A DNA stretch of 64,000 nucleotides from Vulcanimicrobiota bacterium (GTDB taxonomy: Bacteria; Vulcanimicrobiota; Vulcanimicrobiia; Eremiobacterales; Eremiobacteraceae), in NCBI GenBank assembly GCA_963812135.1, contig CAWETU010000001.1, positions 992,001 to 1,056,000 of the forward strand, given 5' to 3'. Below the pieces are notes generated by a model. That model saw only the letters and a program-made list of their open reading frames with translations, ran no database searches and was not told the origin of the DNA. Both the position numbers and the translations under genes were made by a program. Below are positions 39,491-48,939 of the stretch, piece after piece (within the stretch, counting starts at the first letter, position 1; each line of letters starts with the position of its first letter).

Positions 39491-39871
39491 ATGCAGCCGT
39501 CGCTCCGTCACGCATGTTTGCTAATCGCGTGCGCGCTCATTTCTGTCGTCGGCCTGGCCTCCTGTCAAGAGCACTCCAACTCGCCGGTGGTCAACATCGA
39601 CATCCTTGGAAGTCGTGGCGACCACTCATACAAGCCGAACAACATCTCGGTCAACTTGGGGACGATGGTCATATGGACAAACCAAGATTCCGTGCCGCAT
39701 TCGGTGACGGCGCCGGGCGCATTCGACTCAGGCATGATCGCGCCGAACGGCGGCAAGTTCACGTGGATGGCCGCGCAGCAGGGCTCGTTCGACTACTTCA
39801 GCATCACGGATCAGACGATGAAAGGCAGCATCACGGTCGTGGCGCAGCCGCCGGCGGGAGCCTCGCAATAA
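39491..39871 (+). CDS. Small cupredoxin-fold lipoprotein
   Basis: Lipobox LASC; V..GT.V.W.N.D..PHSVT and MKG.I.V; the C-terminal Cys/His copper ligands look absent (YFSITDQTM). Confidence 0.7.
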   Translation: MQPSLRHACLLIACALISVVGLASCQEHSNSPVVNIDILGSRGDHSYKPNNISVNLGTMVIWTNQDSVPHSVTAPGAFDSGMIAPNGGKFTWMAAQQGSFDYFSITDQTMKGSITVVAQPPAGASQ

Positions 39872-41517
39872 CGTTCCGCTTCGCGGTGACGGCGCTCGCG
39901 CTCGCGACGTGCGTGTGGCTGGCGGCGTGCTCGAAGATCAGCACCGAGGTGATCCAGAACGGCGGCCCGGTGGGCCGTACGATCCCGGGCACATTGCGCT
40001 ACGCGGACATCTCCGAGCCCACGTCCTTGAATCCCCTGTTGCGCCTCGAGGCGACCAGCACGGACATGGACCACTTCGTGTTCGGGTTCTTCTATAACCT
40101 CGACGACAAAGAGCACTTCGTGCCCGAGCTCGCGCTCGAGGTGCCTTCGTATCAGAACGGCGGCATCAGCAAGGACGGGCTCACGCTCACCTATCACTTG
40201 CGCAAAGGCGTGAAGTGGCAAGACGGAGCGCCGTTCACCGCGCATGACGCGGTGTTCACCGAACACGCCATCATGAACCCGGCGAACAATTTGCAATCCA
40301 GGGCCGGTTGGGAAGAGATCGCGAGCGTCGAGGCGCCCGACGACTACACGTTCGTCATCCACCTGAAGAAGATCTACGCGGGAGCGATTTCGACGTTCTT
40401 CGCGCCGCCCGGCGAGTACCCGGTACTGCCTGCCCACCTGCTCGAGAAGTATCCGAACATCAATCAAGTGCCGTTCAACACCCATCCGGTCGGCACGGGA
40501 CCGTTCAAGTTCGTCAAGTGGGTGCACGGCGATCATATCGAGTGGGTCGCCAATCCGGATTACTGGCGCGGGCCGCCCAAACTCAAGCGCATCATCTATA
40601 AAATTGTGCCGGAAGATCAGACCATCCTCACCCAGTTGAAGACGCACGAGATCGACGCGTGGTTCCGCGCGCCGTCGTCGCTGTATCCTCAATTGAAAGT
40701 GCTGCCCGGCTATCGCATCCAGCTCGAGCCGTCGAACCTGTTCGCGCACATCGATTTTTCGTTCAAAAACCCGATCTTCAACGACAAGCGGGTCCGCCAA
40801 GCCATCAACTATGCGATCGACAAGAAGAAGATCATCCACGACGTGACCCATGACGTGCACGTGCCCGCGTATTCCGATCAGCCGTCGTTCTCATGGGCGT
40901 ACGAACCCGACGTCATGCACTACGATTACAACCCCGACAAGGCCAAGCAGCTGCTCGACGAAGCCGGCTGGAAGGTCGGTCCGGACGGCATCCGGGTCAA
41001 GGACGGCCAACGGCTGGCCTTCACGCTCTCGACCGTCGCAGGTGGATCTACCGGCATCGCCGCGGAGACGTTCACGCAGCGCATGCTGCATGACGTCGGC
41101 ATCGACGCGTCGGTGAAGAACTACCCGACCGCGTTGTTCTTCGCCGGCTACCAGCAAGGCGGCATCCTGCAGACCGGCAAGTACGATATGGCGTTCTTCT
41201 CATGGGCCGCCGGCGTCGATCCCAGCGACGACGAGCTGGTCTACGCGTGTTACGGCATCCCGCCCAAGGGCCAGAACAGCATGTATTGGTGCGATCCGCG
41301 CATGGACGCGGCGCAAAAGGGCGCGCTCTCCACGTACGACATCCCGACGCGCAAGAAGTATTATTCGATCATCCAAAAGCTGCTCGCGTCAGAATCGCCC
41401 ACGATCTTCAGCTGGTTCGCCAGGCAGATCTATGTGACCAACCCGAACTTCAAGAACTTCAAACCGGCGCCCGCGGTCACCAGCAACTGGAACTCGTGGG
41501 AATGGGAGATGCAATAA
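39868..41517 (+). CDS. Family 5 peptide SBP lipoprotein (ATA start proposed)
   Basis: Lipobox LAAC; NGGISKDG and GTGPFK; ends WNSWEW. Confidence 0.88.
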   Translation: MTFRFAVTALALATCVWLAACSKISTEVIQNGGPVGRTIPGTLRYADISEPTSLNPLLRLEATSTDMDHFVFGFFYNLDDKEHFVPELALEVPSYQNGGISKDGLTLTYHLRKGVKWQDGAPFTAHDAVFTEHAIMNPANNLQSRAGWEEIASVEAPDDYTFVIHLKKIYAGAISTFFAPPGEYPVLPAHLLEKYPNINQVPFNTHPVGTGPFKFVKWVHGDHIEWVANPDYWRGPPKLKRIIYKIVPEDQTILTQLKTHEIDAWFRAPSSLYPQLKVLPGYRIQLEPSNLFAHIDFSFKNPIFNDKRVRQAINYAIDKKKIIHDVTHDVHVPAYSDQPSFSWAYEPDVMHYDYNPDKAKQLLDEAGWKVGPDGIRVKDGQRLAFTLSTVAGGSTGIAAETFTQRMLHDVGIDASVKNYPTALFFAGYQQGGILQTGKYDMAFFSWAAGVDPSDDELVYACYGIPPKGQNSMYWCDPRMDAAQKGALSTYDIPTRKKYYSIIQKLLASESPTIFSWFARQIYVTNPNFKNFKPAPAVTSNWNSWEWEMQ

Positions 41518-43178
41518 CGTCTCCAGCGCGCGCGGGTCGCATCCTCGCGCTCGCGTGCTGGGTGCTCGCGTTGTTCGCGCTCGCGAGTTGCTCGAAGATC
41601 TCCCAGAGCACTGCTCCGCCGAATGCCGGGCATTCGATCCCCGGCACGTTGCGCTACGCGGACATCGAAGAGCCGATCTCGTTCAATCCGCTGCTGCGCA
41701 CGATCGCGGTGGCGACAGACATGGACATGTTCATCTTCGGGTTTTTCTATAACTTCGACGACAAGATGCGCTTTGTGCCAGAGCTGGCGACGGTCGTGCC
41801 GACGTTAGAGAACGGCGGGATCAGCAAAGACGGTCTGACGATCACGTACCACTTGCGGCGCGGCGTCAAGTGGCACGACGGCGCGCCGTTCACGTCCCAT
41901 GACGTCGTCTTCACCGTGCATGCGATTCTCAACCCGGACAACAATTTGAGCCTGCGCACCGGCTGGGACCAGATCAGCAGCGTCGAGGCGCTCGACGACC
42001 ACACGGTGCGCTTCCATCTGAAGCGCATTTACGCGCCGGCGATCTCGACGTATTTCGCCGAGGGCGGGCTGTACCCGGTGCTGCCGGCGCACTTGCTCGA
42101 GAAGTATCCGAACATCAATCAAGTGCCGTTCAACTCTGACCCGATCGGGACCGGTCCGTTCAAGTTCGTCAAATGGGTGCATGGCGACCGGGTTGAGCTG
42201 GCGGCGAATCCGGACTACTGGCGCGGACCGCCGAAGCTCAAACGCATCATCTACAAAGTCATCCCGAACGACGTCACAATCCTCAACCAGTTGCGGACGC
42301 ACGAGATCGACGCATGGTTCCGCGCCGCGGTGAATCTGTATCCTCAGATCCGCGAGCTTCCGAAGGATGGTTTCCGCGTCGAGCTCGCGCCGTCGCTCGT
42401 CTACTCGCACCTCGACCTCAACCAGAAGAACCCGATCTTCCAGGATCTGCGCGTCCGCCAAGCCATGGCCCACGCGATTGACCGGACCAAGATCTTGCAC
42501 AACATCACCTACGACGTGCACGTCGTCGGGTATGCGGATCTCCCGCCGTTCTCGTGGGCCTACGAACCGGACGTCGCGCATTACGACTACGATCCCGCCA
42601 AGGCGCGCCAGCTGCTTGACGAGGCGGGCTGGGTGATGGGGCCGGATGGCGTGCGCCTCAAGAACGGCCAGCGTCTGGCGTTCAACCTCGCCGCAGCGTC
42701 GGGCGGCAAGACCGGCGAGGCGGTCGAGCAATATCTCCAGGCTGATTTCAAGAACATCGGCATCGAGGCGGACATCAAGAACTATCCGACCGCGTTGTAT
42801 TTCGACAACTACGCGCGCGGCGGCATCCTGCAGGCCGGCAAGTACGACGCCGCGTGGTTCTCGTGGGTCGCCGGCGCCGATCCGGGCAGCGACGAATCGA
42901 TCTACACGAGCTATAGCATTCCGCCCGCCGGTCAAGACAATCTGTGGTGGTCCGATCCCGCGCTCGACCGCGCCGAGCGGGGCGCTCTCTCGAGCTACGA
43001 CCAACGCGTGCGTAAGAAATACTACTCGATCGTCCAAAAAGAGATCGCCGGCCAGGCGGTGACGATCGTGGTGTTCTTCCAGCGACAGATCTTCATCACG
43101 GCCGATGGATTGCAGAACTTCAAGCCGGCGCCCGCGACCACGAGCAACTGGAACACCTGGGAATGGGAGATGAAATGA
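41514..43178 (+). CDS. Family 5 peptide SBP lipoprotein (ATA start proposed)
   Basis: Lipobox LASC; close paralog of the preceding gene. Confidence 0.88.
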   Translation: MTSPARAGRILALACWVLALFALASCSKISQSTAPPNAGHSIPGTLRYADIEEPISFNPLLRTIAVATDMDMFIFGFFYNFDDKMRFVPELATVVPTLENGGISKDGLTITYHLRRGVKWHDGAPFTSHDVVFTVHAILNPDNNLSLRTGWDQISSVEALDDHTVRFHLKRIYAPAISTYFAEGGLYPVLPAHLLEKYPNINQVPFNSDPIGTGPFKFVKWVHGDRVELAANPDYWRGPPKLKRIIYKVIPNDVTILNQLRTHEIDAWFRAAVNLYPQIRELPKDGFRVELAPSLVYSHLDLNQKNPIFQDLRVRQAMAHAIDRTKILHNITYDVHVVGYADLPPFSWAYEPDVAHYDYDPAKARQLLDEAGWVMGPDGVRLKNGQRLAFNLAAASGGKTGEAVEQYLQADFKNIGIEADIKNYPTALYFDNYARGGILQAGKYDAAWFSWVAGADPGSDESIYTSYSIPPAGQDNLWWSDPALDRAERGALSSYDQRVRKKYYSIVQKEIAGQAVTIVVFFQRQIFITADGLQNFKPAPATTSNWNTWEWEMK

Positions 43179-44812
43179 GAGGTACTCTACGCATCGCGCT
43201 CGCGTCGGTCTGCCTGATCGCGATGTTCGGCTGCAGCAAGGTCACGCAGAGCACGAATCCGCAGCCGGGCAGCGGGACCATTCCCGGCGTGCTGCGCTAC
43301 GCCGACATCCAAGAGCCGGATTCACTCAATCCGTTGATAACGACTCAATCCGTCACGGCCGACCTCGAGTACTTCGCGTTTTCATTCTTCTTCAATTACG
43401 ACGACAAGGCGAACCTCGTGCCCGAGCTCGCGCTCGAGGTCCCCACACTCAAGAATGGCGGCATCTCGGCAGACGGACGCACCATCACCTACCATATCCG
43501 CAAAGGCGTCAAATGGCAAGACGGCGAGCCGCTCACCGCCAAGGACGTCATCTTCACGTTCCACGCGATCATGAACCCGAAGAACGACGTGCAGGTGCGC
43601 ACCGGCTACGATCAGATCGCCTCGATCGACGCGCCCGACGATTACACCGTGGTCGTCCACATGAGGCGCGTGTTCTCGCCGATCATCGCGTACTTCATGT
43701 GCCAGCAGGGCGGGTTCCCCGTCGTGCCCGCGCACCTCTTGGAGCAGTACCCGAACGTCAATCAGCTGCCATACAATTCTCTGCCCATCGGTTCGGGGCC
43801 GTTCAAGATCACGGAATGGCAGCACGGCGATCACATCACGCTCGTCGCGAATCCGGATTACTGGCGCGGGCCGCCCAAGCTCTCCAAAATCGTTTTCAGG
43901 TTCGTGAGCAACACCACCACGATCCAGGTGCTGCTCCAGACGCACGAGATCGACGCGTGGTTCCGCGCGTCTGCGGACCTCTACCCGCAGCTGCAGAAGA
44001 TCCCCGGCTATAAGGTGCTCGTGTCCGACGAGAATCTGTTCGGCCACATCGACTTCAACGTCAAAGATCCGATCCTGTCGGACGTACGCGTCCGCAAAGC
44101 GATCGAATACGCGCTGGACCGTCAGAGCATGGCGCACACGATCACCCACGACGTCTATCAAGCGGGGACGAGCGACATCCCGACGTATAACTGGGCCTAC
44201 CCGCACGACCTCCCCGTTTACGACAACAACCCCGCCGCGGCACGTGCGTTGCTTGATGAGGCTGGATGGACGGTCGGTCCGGATGGGGTCCGGCAGAAGA
44301 ACGGGCAAAAACTCGAGCTGCAGTTCTCCTACATCAGCGGCAACGTGATGGGCTCGAACATCGCGACCGTCACGCAAGCGCGTCTGCACGACGTGGGCAT
44401 CGCCGTCGCGCAGAAGGTCTATCCGGCGCCGCTCTATTTCGGTTCTGCACAGGCCGGCGGCATCCTCAACGGCGGGAAATTCCAGATGGCATACTTCGGC
44501 TGGGTGAGCGGTTTCGATCCGGACAACTCATCGCTCTACGCGTGCGATCAGTTCCCGCCTGCCGGACAGAACAATCTGTTCTGGTGCGACAAGAAGCTCG
44601 ATGACGCAGAGAAGGATACGCTCGGCACGTTCGACCAGCAGCGCCGCATCGCCGACTACTCGATCATCGAACACGAGCTGATCGAACAAGTGCCGACCAT
44701 CTTCGTGTTCCACGACCGGCGCATCGACGTCATCAGCGACAAGTTCCACGGCTACAAGCCCGGGCCGGCCAACTCGGCATACTGGAATCCGTGGGAATGG
44801 TCGATGGAATGA
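43175..44812 (+). CDS. Family 5 peptide SBP lipoprotein
   Basis: ATGA overlap; lipobox MFGC; same family motifs. Confidence 0.9.
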   Translation: MRGTLRIALASVCLIAMFGCSKVTQSTNPQPGSGTIPGVLRYADIQEPDSLNPLITTQSVTADLEYFAFSFFFNYDDKANLVPELALEVPTLKNGGISADGRTITYHIRKGVKWQDGEPLTAKDVIFTFHAIMNPKNDVQVRTGYDQIASIDAPDDYTVVVHMRRVFSPIIAYFMCQQGGFPVVPAHLLEQYPNVNQLPYNSLPIGSGPFKITEWQHGDHITLVANPDYWRGPPKLSKIVFRFVSNTTTIQVLLQTHEIDAWFRASADLYPQLQKIPGYKVLVSDENLFGHIDFNVKDPILSDVRVRKAIEYALDRQSMAHTITHDVYQAGTSDIPTYNWAYPHDLPVYDNNPAAARALLDEAGWTVGPDGVRQKNGQKLELQFSYISGNVMGSNIATVTQARLHDVGIAVAQKVYPAPLYFGSAQAGGILNGGKFQMAYFGWVSGFDPDNSSLYACDQFPPAGQNNLFWCDKKLDDAEKDTLGTFDQQRRIADYSIIEHELIEQVPTIFVFHDRRIDVISDKFHGYKPGPANSAYWNPWEWSME

Positions 44813-44819
44813 CGTTGAT

Positions 44820-44843
44820 GTAGCGGCCGAATTTATTCGGCCG
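44820..44843 (+). repeat. GTAG-type REP overlapping the DAG-kinase stop
   Basis: gtagcggccgaatttattcggccg. Confidence 0.8.
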
Positions 44844-45759
44844 CCAGAATCGTTGCCCCGAGCGGCACGAGCTCGATCGTCGCGCCCTGCGTTTGGGCGA
44901 GCTCCCCATCGACGTGCATCGCGAGCCGTCGTTCAAAAGCGATCTCAATCCGGCTTGCGCGAAACGCGGTGACGTTGGACTCATCGGCGTGCGCGCCGGC
45001 GCGGATGCGGTGCATGAGCGCCATGCGTGCCGGTAAGCCCGCAACGTCTCTGAACGCGTAGCAGTCGAACACGCCGTCGTCGAGTCGAGCGCGGGGCGCG
45101 CCGCGAAATCCTCCGCCGTACCATGCGCCGTTGCCGACCGTGACCATCACCAGGTCTTTGAAACGCATATCGGCGGCGCTTGTGCGGATCGTCGCTCCCA
45201 CCGGCTTGACCGACAGCAAACCGCGCAGCGCGGCAAGATAGTATGAGAAGCCCTTCGCGAGTCCGCTTGCGCGGATGCGCACCGCCAGGGCGGCCACTTC
45301 GGCGTCGAGACCGATGCCGACGCAGTTGAGAAAGCGCTGTCCGTCCACCGTGCCATAGTCGATCCGTCGCTCGACGCCCGTGCGCAAGACGTCGAGTGCG
45401 GGTTTCCCGGGTTGCACCCCCAACGCCGTGGCGAGATCGTTGCCGGACCCGCACGGCACGATGGCGAGCGTCGTCGCATCCGGTGTGGACAGTGCATCGA
45501 ACGTCAGTGAGAGCGTGCCGTCGCCGCCGATGCAGACGAGCAGCGGACGACCAGCAGATGCCGCGTGTGAAACGGTTTCGTTGAGACGGCGCGAAAACGC
45601 GGGTGTCAAATCCGGCTCGACGATCGCGACAGGCGGACCGCCAAGCGTGCGTTCGACATCGCCGACCAAACCGTGGGCTTTGCCGCTGCCCGCCCAGCGG
45701 TTGGCCACGATGATGTAGGGTCGAATAAATTCTACCCCCACAATGGTGTCCGAGGTCAC
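44833..45759 (-). CDS. Diacylglycerol/lipid kinase family (YegS/DgkB); start approximate
   Basis: N..AG.G, GGDGT, P.GSGND.A, G.G.DA, GN...YGGG and VDGE. Confidence 0.88.
   Translation of the reverse strand: MTSDTIVGVEFIRPYIIVANRWAGSGKAHGLVGDVERTLGGPPVAIVEPDLTPAFSRRLNETVSHAASAGRPLLVCIGGDGTLSLTFDALSTPDATTLAIVPCGSGNDLATALGVQPGKPALDVLRTGVERRIDYGTVDGQRFLNCVGIGLDAEVAALAVRIRASGLAKGFSYYLAALRGLLSVKPVGATIRTSAADMRFKDLVMVTVGNGAWYGGGFRGAPRARLDDGVFDCYAFRDVAGLPARMALMHRIRAGAHADESNVTAFRASRIEIAFERRLAMHVDGELAQTQGATIELVPLGATILAAE
45715..45738 (+). repeat. Degenerate GTAG-type REP at the DAG-kinase 5' end
   Basis: gtagggtcgaataaattctacccc. Confidence 0.6.
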
Positions 45760-45895
45760 GGGGCGCGGTTCAATGATGCGCGGGAGTTGTCCCGCGAAAA
45801 GGCACGGAGGAAGCGTGAGCAACTTCCTCCTGCCCCTACGACTAAGCGTCCACGGGTTTCGTTACACGCGAGGAGAACGGTGTGGTGAAGCTCAT

Positions 45896-47101
45896 ATGAT
45901 GACCATTGGCCGCCTTGCCGGCATCGAGATCCGCGCCCATTATTCCACCCTGATCGTCTTCGGCGCCCTGACGAGCGTCCTCGCCTATGGCTACTTGCCC
46001 GTGGTCACGCCTGCGGCCGATTCGCTCGAGCGTCTCGCCGTCGCCATCATCGTTTCCTCACTGCTCGTGGCGTCGATTCTCGCGCACGAGCTCGCGCACG
46101 CGTTCGTCGCGCGCAGCCGCGGGCTGACCGTCAGCGGCGTCACCTTGTACTTGTTCGGTGGCCTTGCGCACGTCGGCGGTGCGCGCAGCGGACCCGGCGA
46201 CGACATCGCGATCGGCTTGGCCGGTCCGGCCATCAACGCGCTGTTCGCGGCTGTCTTCTTAGCCGCAGGCGCGTCCGTCATGCACGCGAACGCGCAGGCC
46301 GCGTTGCTGCTCATCAACCTCGGTCTGGCGAACGCACTGCTTTTCGGGGTCAACGTGCTGCCCGGCTATCCGATGGACGGCGGCATGGTGCTGCGCGGTG
46401 TGCTATGGAAGCTGACCGGCAACGTCGTCGCGGCGACGCGCCGCGCTGCGACGATCGGCAAAGCGCTTGCGTATCTGATCGCGGCCGCAGGCGTGTGGCT
46501 GCTCTTGCGCGGCGACGTCATCGACGGCATGTGGGTCGTGCTCATCGGCTGGCTACTCGCCGGTCTCGCCGAAGGGGCGTATCGCGGCATCATCACGCGC
46601 ACGGCGCTCGAAGGGTTGCGCGTCAAAGATCTCTGCGCTCGCGACGTGCCCGTGCTGCAGACCTCGGACACCGTCGCCACCGCGGCCGCGTTGTTGCGTT
46701 CGGGCACATCATCGCGCATCATCGCCGTCATGTTCGGCGAGCGATTGGCCGGACTCGTGGCGGACATCGACGTCGCGCGCATCGCGTCGAGCGACGCGGA
46801 GGCGACGTCGATCTCATCGATCATGCTGCGCACCGGCGGCCAGCCGACGCTGGACGCCGACTGCGACGCGATCGTGTTGATCCAAGCCATGCCGGCCAGC
46901 CCGCTGCGCTGCATCATCGTCGTCGACGAGCGCGGCGACTATCTCGGCCTCGTGCGCCACGAAGACGTCACGCGCTACGTCGAGATGATCGAGACGCTGG
47001 GCAACTCCAGCGCGCTCAGCACCCGCTGGCTGCGCCGCCTCGGCGCGCGCCAGGATGCTAGCGAGTCACTTCAATCTCCAGCGCATTATTCAAACGATTG
47101 A
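45896..47101 (+). CDS. Site-2 protease (M50) with degenerate CBS domains
   Basis: GIEIR.H, AHELAH, AGP..N and NVLPGYPMDGG. Confidence 0.88.
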   Translation: MMTIGRLAGIEIRAHYSTLIVFGALTSVLAYGYLPVVTPAADSLERLAVAIIVSSLLVASILAHELAHAFVARSRGLTVSGVTLYLFGGLAHVGGARSGPGDDIAIGLAGPAINALFAAVFLAAGASVMHANAQAALLLINLGLANALLFGVNVLPGYPMDGGMVLRGVLWKLTGNVVAATRRAATIGKALAYLIAAAGVWLLLRGDVIDGMWVVLIGWLLAGLAEGAYRGIITRTALEGLRVKDLCARDVPVLQTSDTVATAAALLRSGTSSRIIAVMFGERLAGLVADIDVARIASSDAEATSISSIMLRTGGQPTLDADCDAIVLIQAMPASPLRCIIVVDERGDYLGLVRHEDVTRYVEMIETLGNSSALSTRWLRRLGARQDASESLQSPAHYSND

Positions 47102-47585
47102 AATAGTTGAACAGGCCGATCGAGCAAATGATCTCGATGATCTGCTCGTCGTTGTAATGCCGTCGCAGATCATCCCATAGCGGCTGCGCGAGGCCCGTCG
47201 GATCTTTGGTGAGCGCCTCGGCCACCGCGAGCGCTGCTTTTTCCGATTCGTTGAAGCGTTCGCTCTTCGCGTAGTCGCGCAGCGCGGCGATCGTCTCATC
47301 GTCCGAACCGAACCGCCTTGCCAAGGCGGTATGTGAAGCCATTCAGTATCGGCACGAGTTCAAGGTCGAGACGAGCGTGATGCACAGCTCCTTGAGCCGT
47401 TGCGGCGCGGCACCGGGTCCCGTGACCGCGGCCATGTGCTCCGACGCCGTGCGCATGATCGCCGGCGTGACCGCAAGCGTGCGGAACATGTTCGGGTAGT
47501 TGCCGCGCGCCTTGAAGAAGCCCTCAAGCACCGGCTTGGCTTCGTCAGGCGCGTCCTTCGGATCGATCGCGGGCAGTCTGGGCAT
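47058..47585 (-). CDS. AhpD/carboxymuconolactone decarboxylase-family peroxidase, predicted selenoprotein (UGA at 47343-47345 = Sec)
   Basis: The two track ORFs are in frame and separated only by TGA, giving NSCRY-U-MASH at the family CxxC..H motif; hairpin 12 nt downstream. Confidence 0.85.
47312..47330 (-). promoter_or_regulatory. Candidate bacterial SECIS element
   Basis: mRNA ACCGCCUU-GGC-AAGGCGGU: perfect 8-bp stem, G-initial small loop about 20 nt 3' of UGA. Confidence 0.7.
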
Positions 47586-47652
47586 TTCTCACCTCGATGA
47601 TATCTTGTCCAAAGGAAGCCGTGTTTACGTGCGGCAACAGTTGCGACCTCTG

Positions 47653-48939
47653 ATGAAGAGTGTACAGAGCCGTAGCGCTGCCCTTTTCGAACGCGCTCGC
47701 GCCGTCATTGCCGGCGGCGTCGATTCGCCGGTCCGCGCGGGCGGCGCCGTCGGGGCGCCGCCGCCGCTCATCGCGCGCGCGCAGGGCAGCCGCGTCGTCG
47801 ACGTCGACGGTCGCGAGTACGTCGACTATCTGTGCGCCTACGGTCCAGTGTTGCTCGGCCACTCGCATCCGGCGGTCAGCGCGGCCGTGGCTCGCGCCCT
47901 CGAGGATGGCGCGGTGTTCGGCGCCACGCATCCCGAGGAGATACGGCTCGCGGAGCGCATCGCGACGCTGATGCCATCCATGGAGCGCTTGCGCTTCGTC
48001 AACACCGGCACGGAGGCGTGCATGAGCGCCGTGCGCCTCGCGCGTGCGTTCACCGGACGTGAGACCATCGCGCGCTTGGGCGGCAACTACCACGGGCACA
48101 GCGACGAGATGATCTTCTCCGCTGGCGCGTCGTCAGCGTCGACGCCGACGCTTGCATGCGGCGTCACGAGCGTCGTCGTCAACGCCGTGCGCGTGTTGCC
48201 GTATAACGATGCGGAGGCGATCGAGCGCGCGCTCGAAGATAGGGCCGTCGCAGCGTTGATCATGGAACCGATCGCGGGTAACATGGGGCTCGTGCTTCCG
48301 GAAGACGGCTATCTCTCGCGCGTCCGTGAGGCGTGCACGCGAACCAATACTGTGCTGATATTCGATGAGGTCATCACCGGCTTCCGCGTCGGCTTGGGCG
48401 GCGCGCAAGAGCGCTACGGGGTACGGCCCGACCTCACGTGCATCGGCAAAACGTTGGGCGGTGGATTGCCGATCGCGGCGTTCGGCGGCCTGCGCGACAT
48501 CATGGCATATTTGGCGCCCGAGGGTAGCGTTTTCCAAGGTGGCACGTTCGCCGGCAATCCGGTGTGCGTCGCCGCCGCGCACGCGTTCCTCGATGTGCTC
48601 GAAGCTGACGCGGGATTCTACGAGCGGCTCGACGCGCTCGCCGGGCGGCTCGCGGCGGATGCATGCGACGCTTTATCAGACGCTGGCCTTGCGTATCCGG
48701 TTGTGCAGCTCGCATCCATGGTCGATTTCGCCTTTCGCGCCGGCGCGCCGCCGCGCGACTGCGCGCAAGCGGCTGAAGCCGACGGCGACGCGTACGCGAG
48801 TTATTATTGGAAGATGCTGGAGCGCGGCATCTTCTTGCCGCCGTCCAAGATGGAGCTCATGTTCGTGACCGCGGCGCATACGCGTGAAGACGTCGACGTC
48901 ACCGTTAACGCGATGCGGCACGCGCTGGCGGGCGCCTAG
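47653..48939 (+). CDS. hemL: Glutamate-1-semialdehyde 2,1-aminomutase
   Basis: GGVDSPVRA, NTGTEA, YHGH, EPIAGNMG, FDEVITGFR and GKTLGGGLP. Confidence 0.9.
   Translation: MKSVQSRSAALFERARAVIAGGVDSPVRAGGAVGAPPPLIARAQGSRVVDVDGREYVDYLCAYGPVLLGHSHPAVSAAVARALEDGAVFGATHPEEIRLAERIATLMPSMERLRFVNTGTEACMSAVRLARAFTGRETIARLGGNYHGHSDEMIFSAGASSASTPTLACGVTSVVVNAVRVLPYNDAEAIERALEDRAVAALIMEPIAGNMGLVLPEDGYLSRVREACTRTNTVLIFDEVITGFRVGLGGAQERYGVRPDLTCIGKTLGGGLPIAAFGGLRDIMAYLAPEGSVFQGGTFAGNPVCVAAAHAFLDVLEADAGFYERLDALAGRLAADACDALSDAGLAYPVVQLASMVDFAFRAGAPPRDCAQAAEADGDAYASYYWKMLERGIFLPPSKMELMFVTAAHTREDVDVTVNAMRHALAGA

Noticed and set aside
47058..47101. 44-nt convergent overlap of the M50 protease and AhpD-like genes
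   Set aside because: Most simply a non-conserved C-terminal extension; no evidence of function.
47343..47345. Nonsense mutation / pseudogene or two separate genes
   Set aside because: The TGA sits precisely at a catalytic Cys position with a SECIS-like hairpin and both halves are intact, so Sec readthrough is the better explanation.
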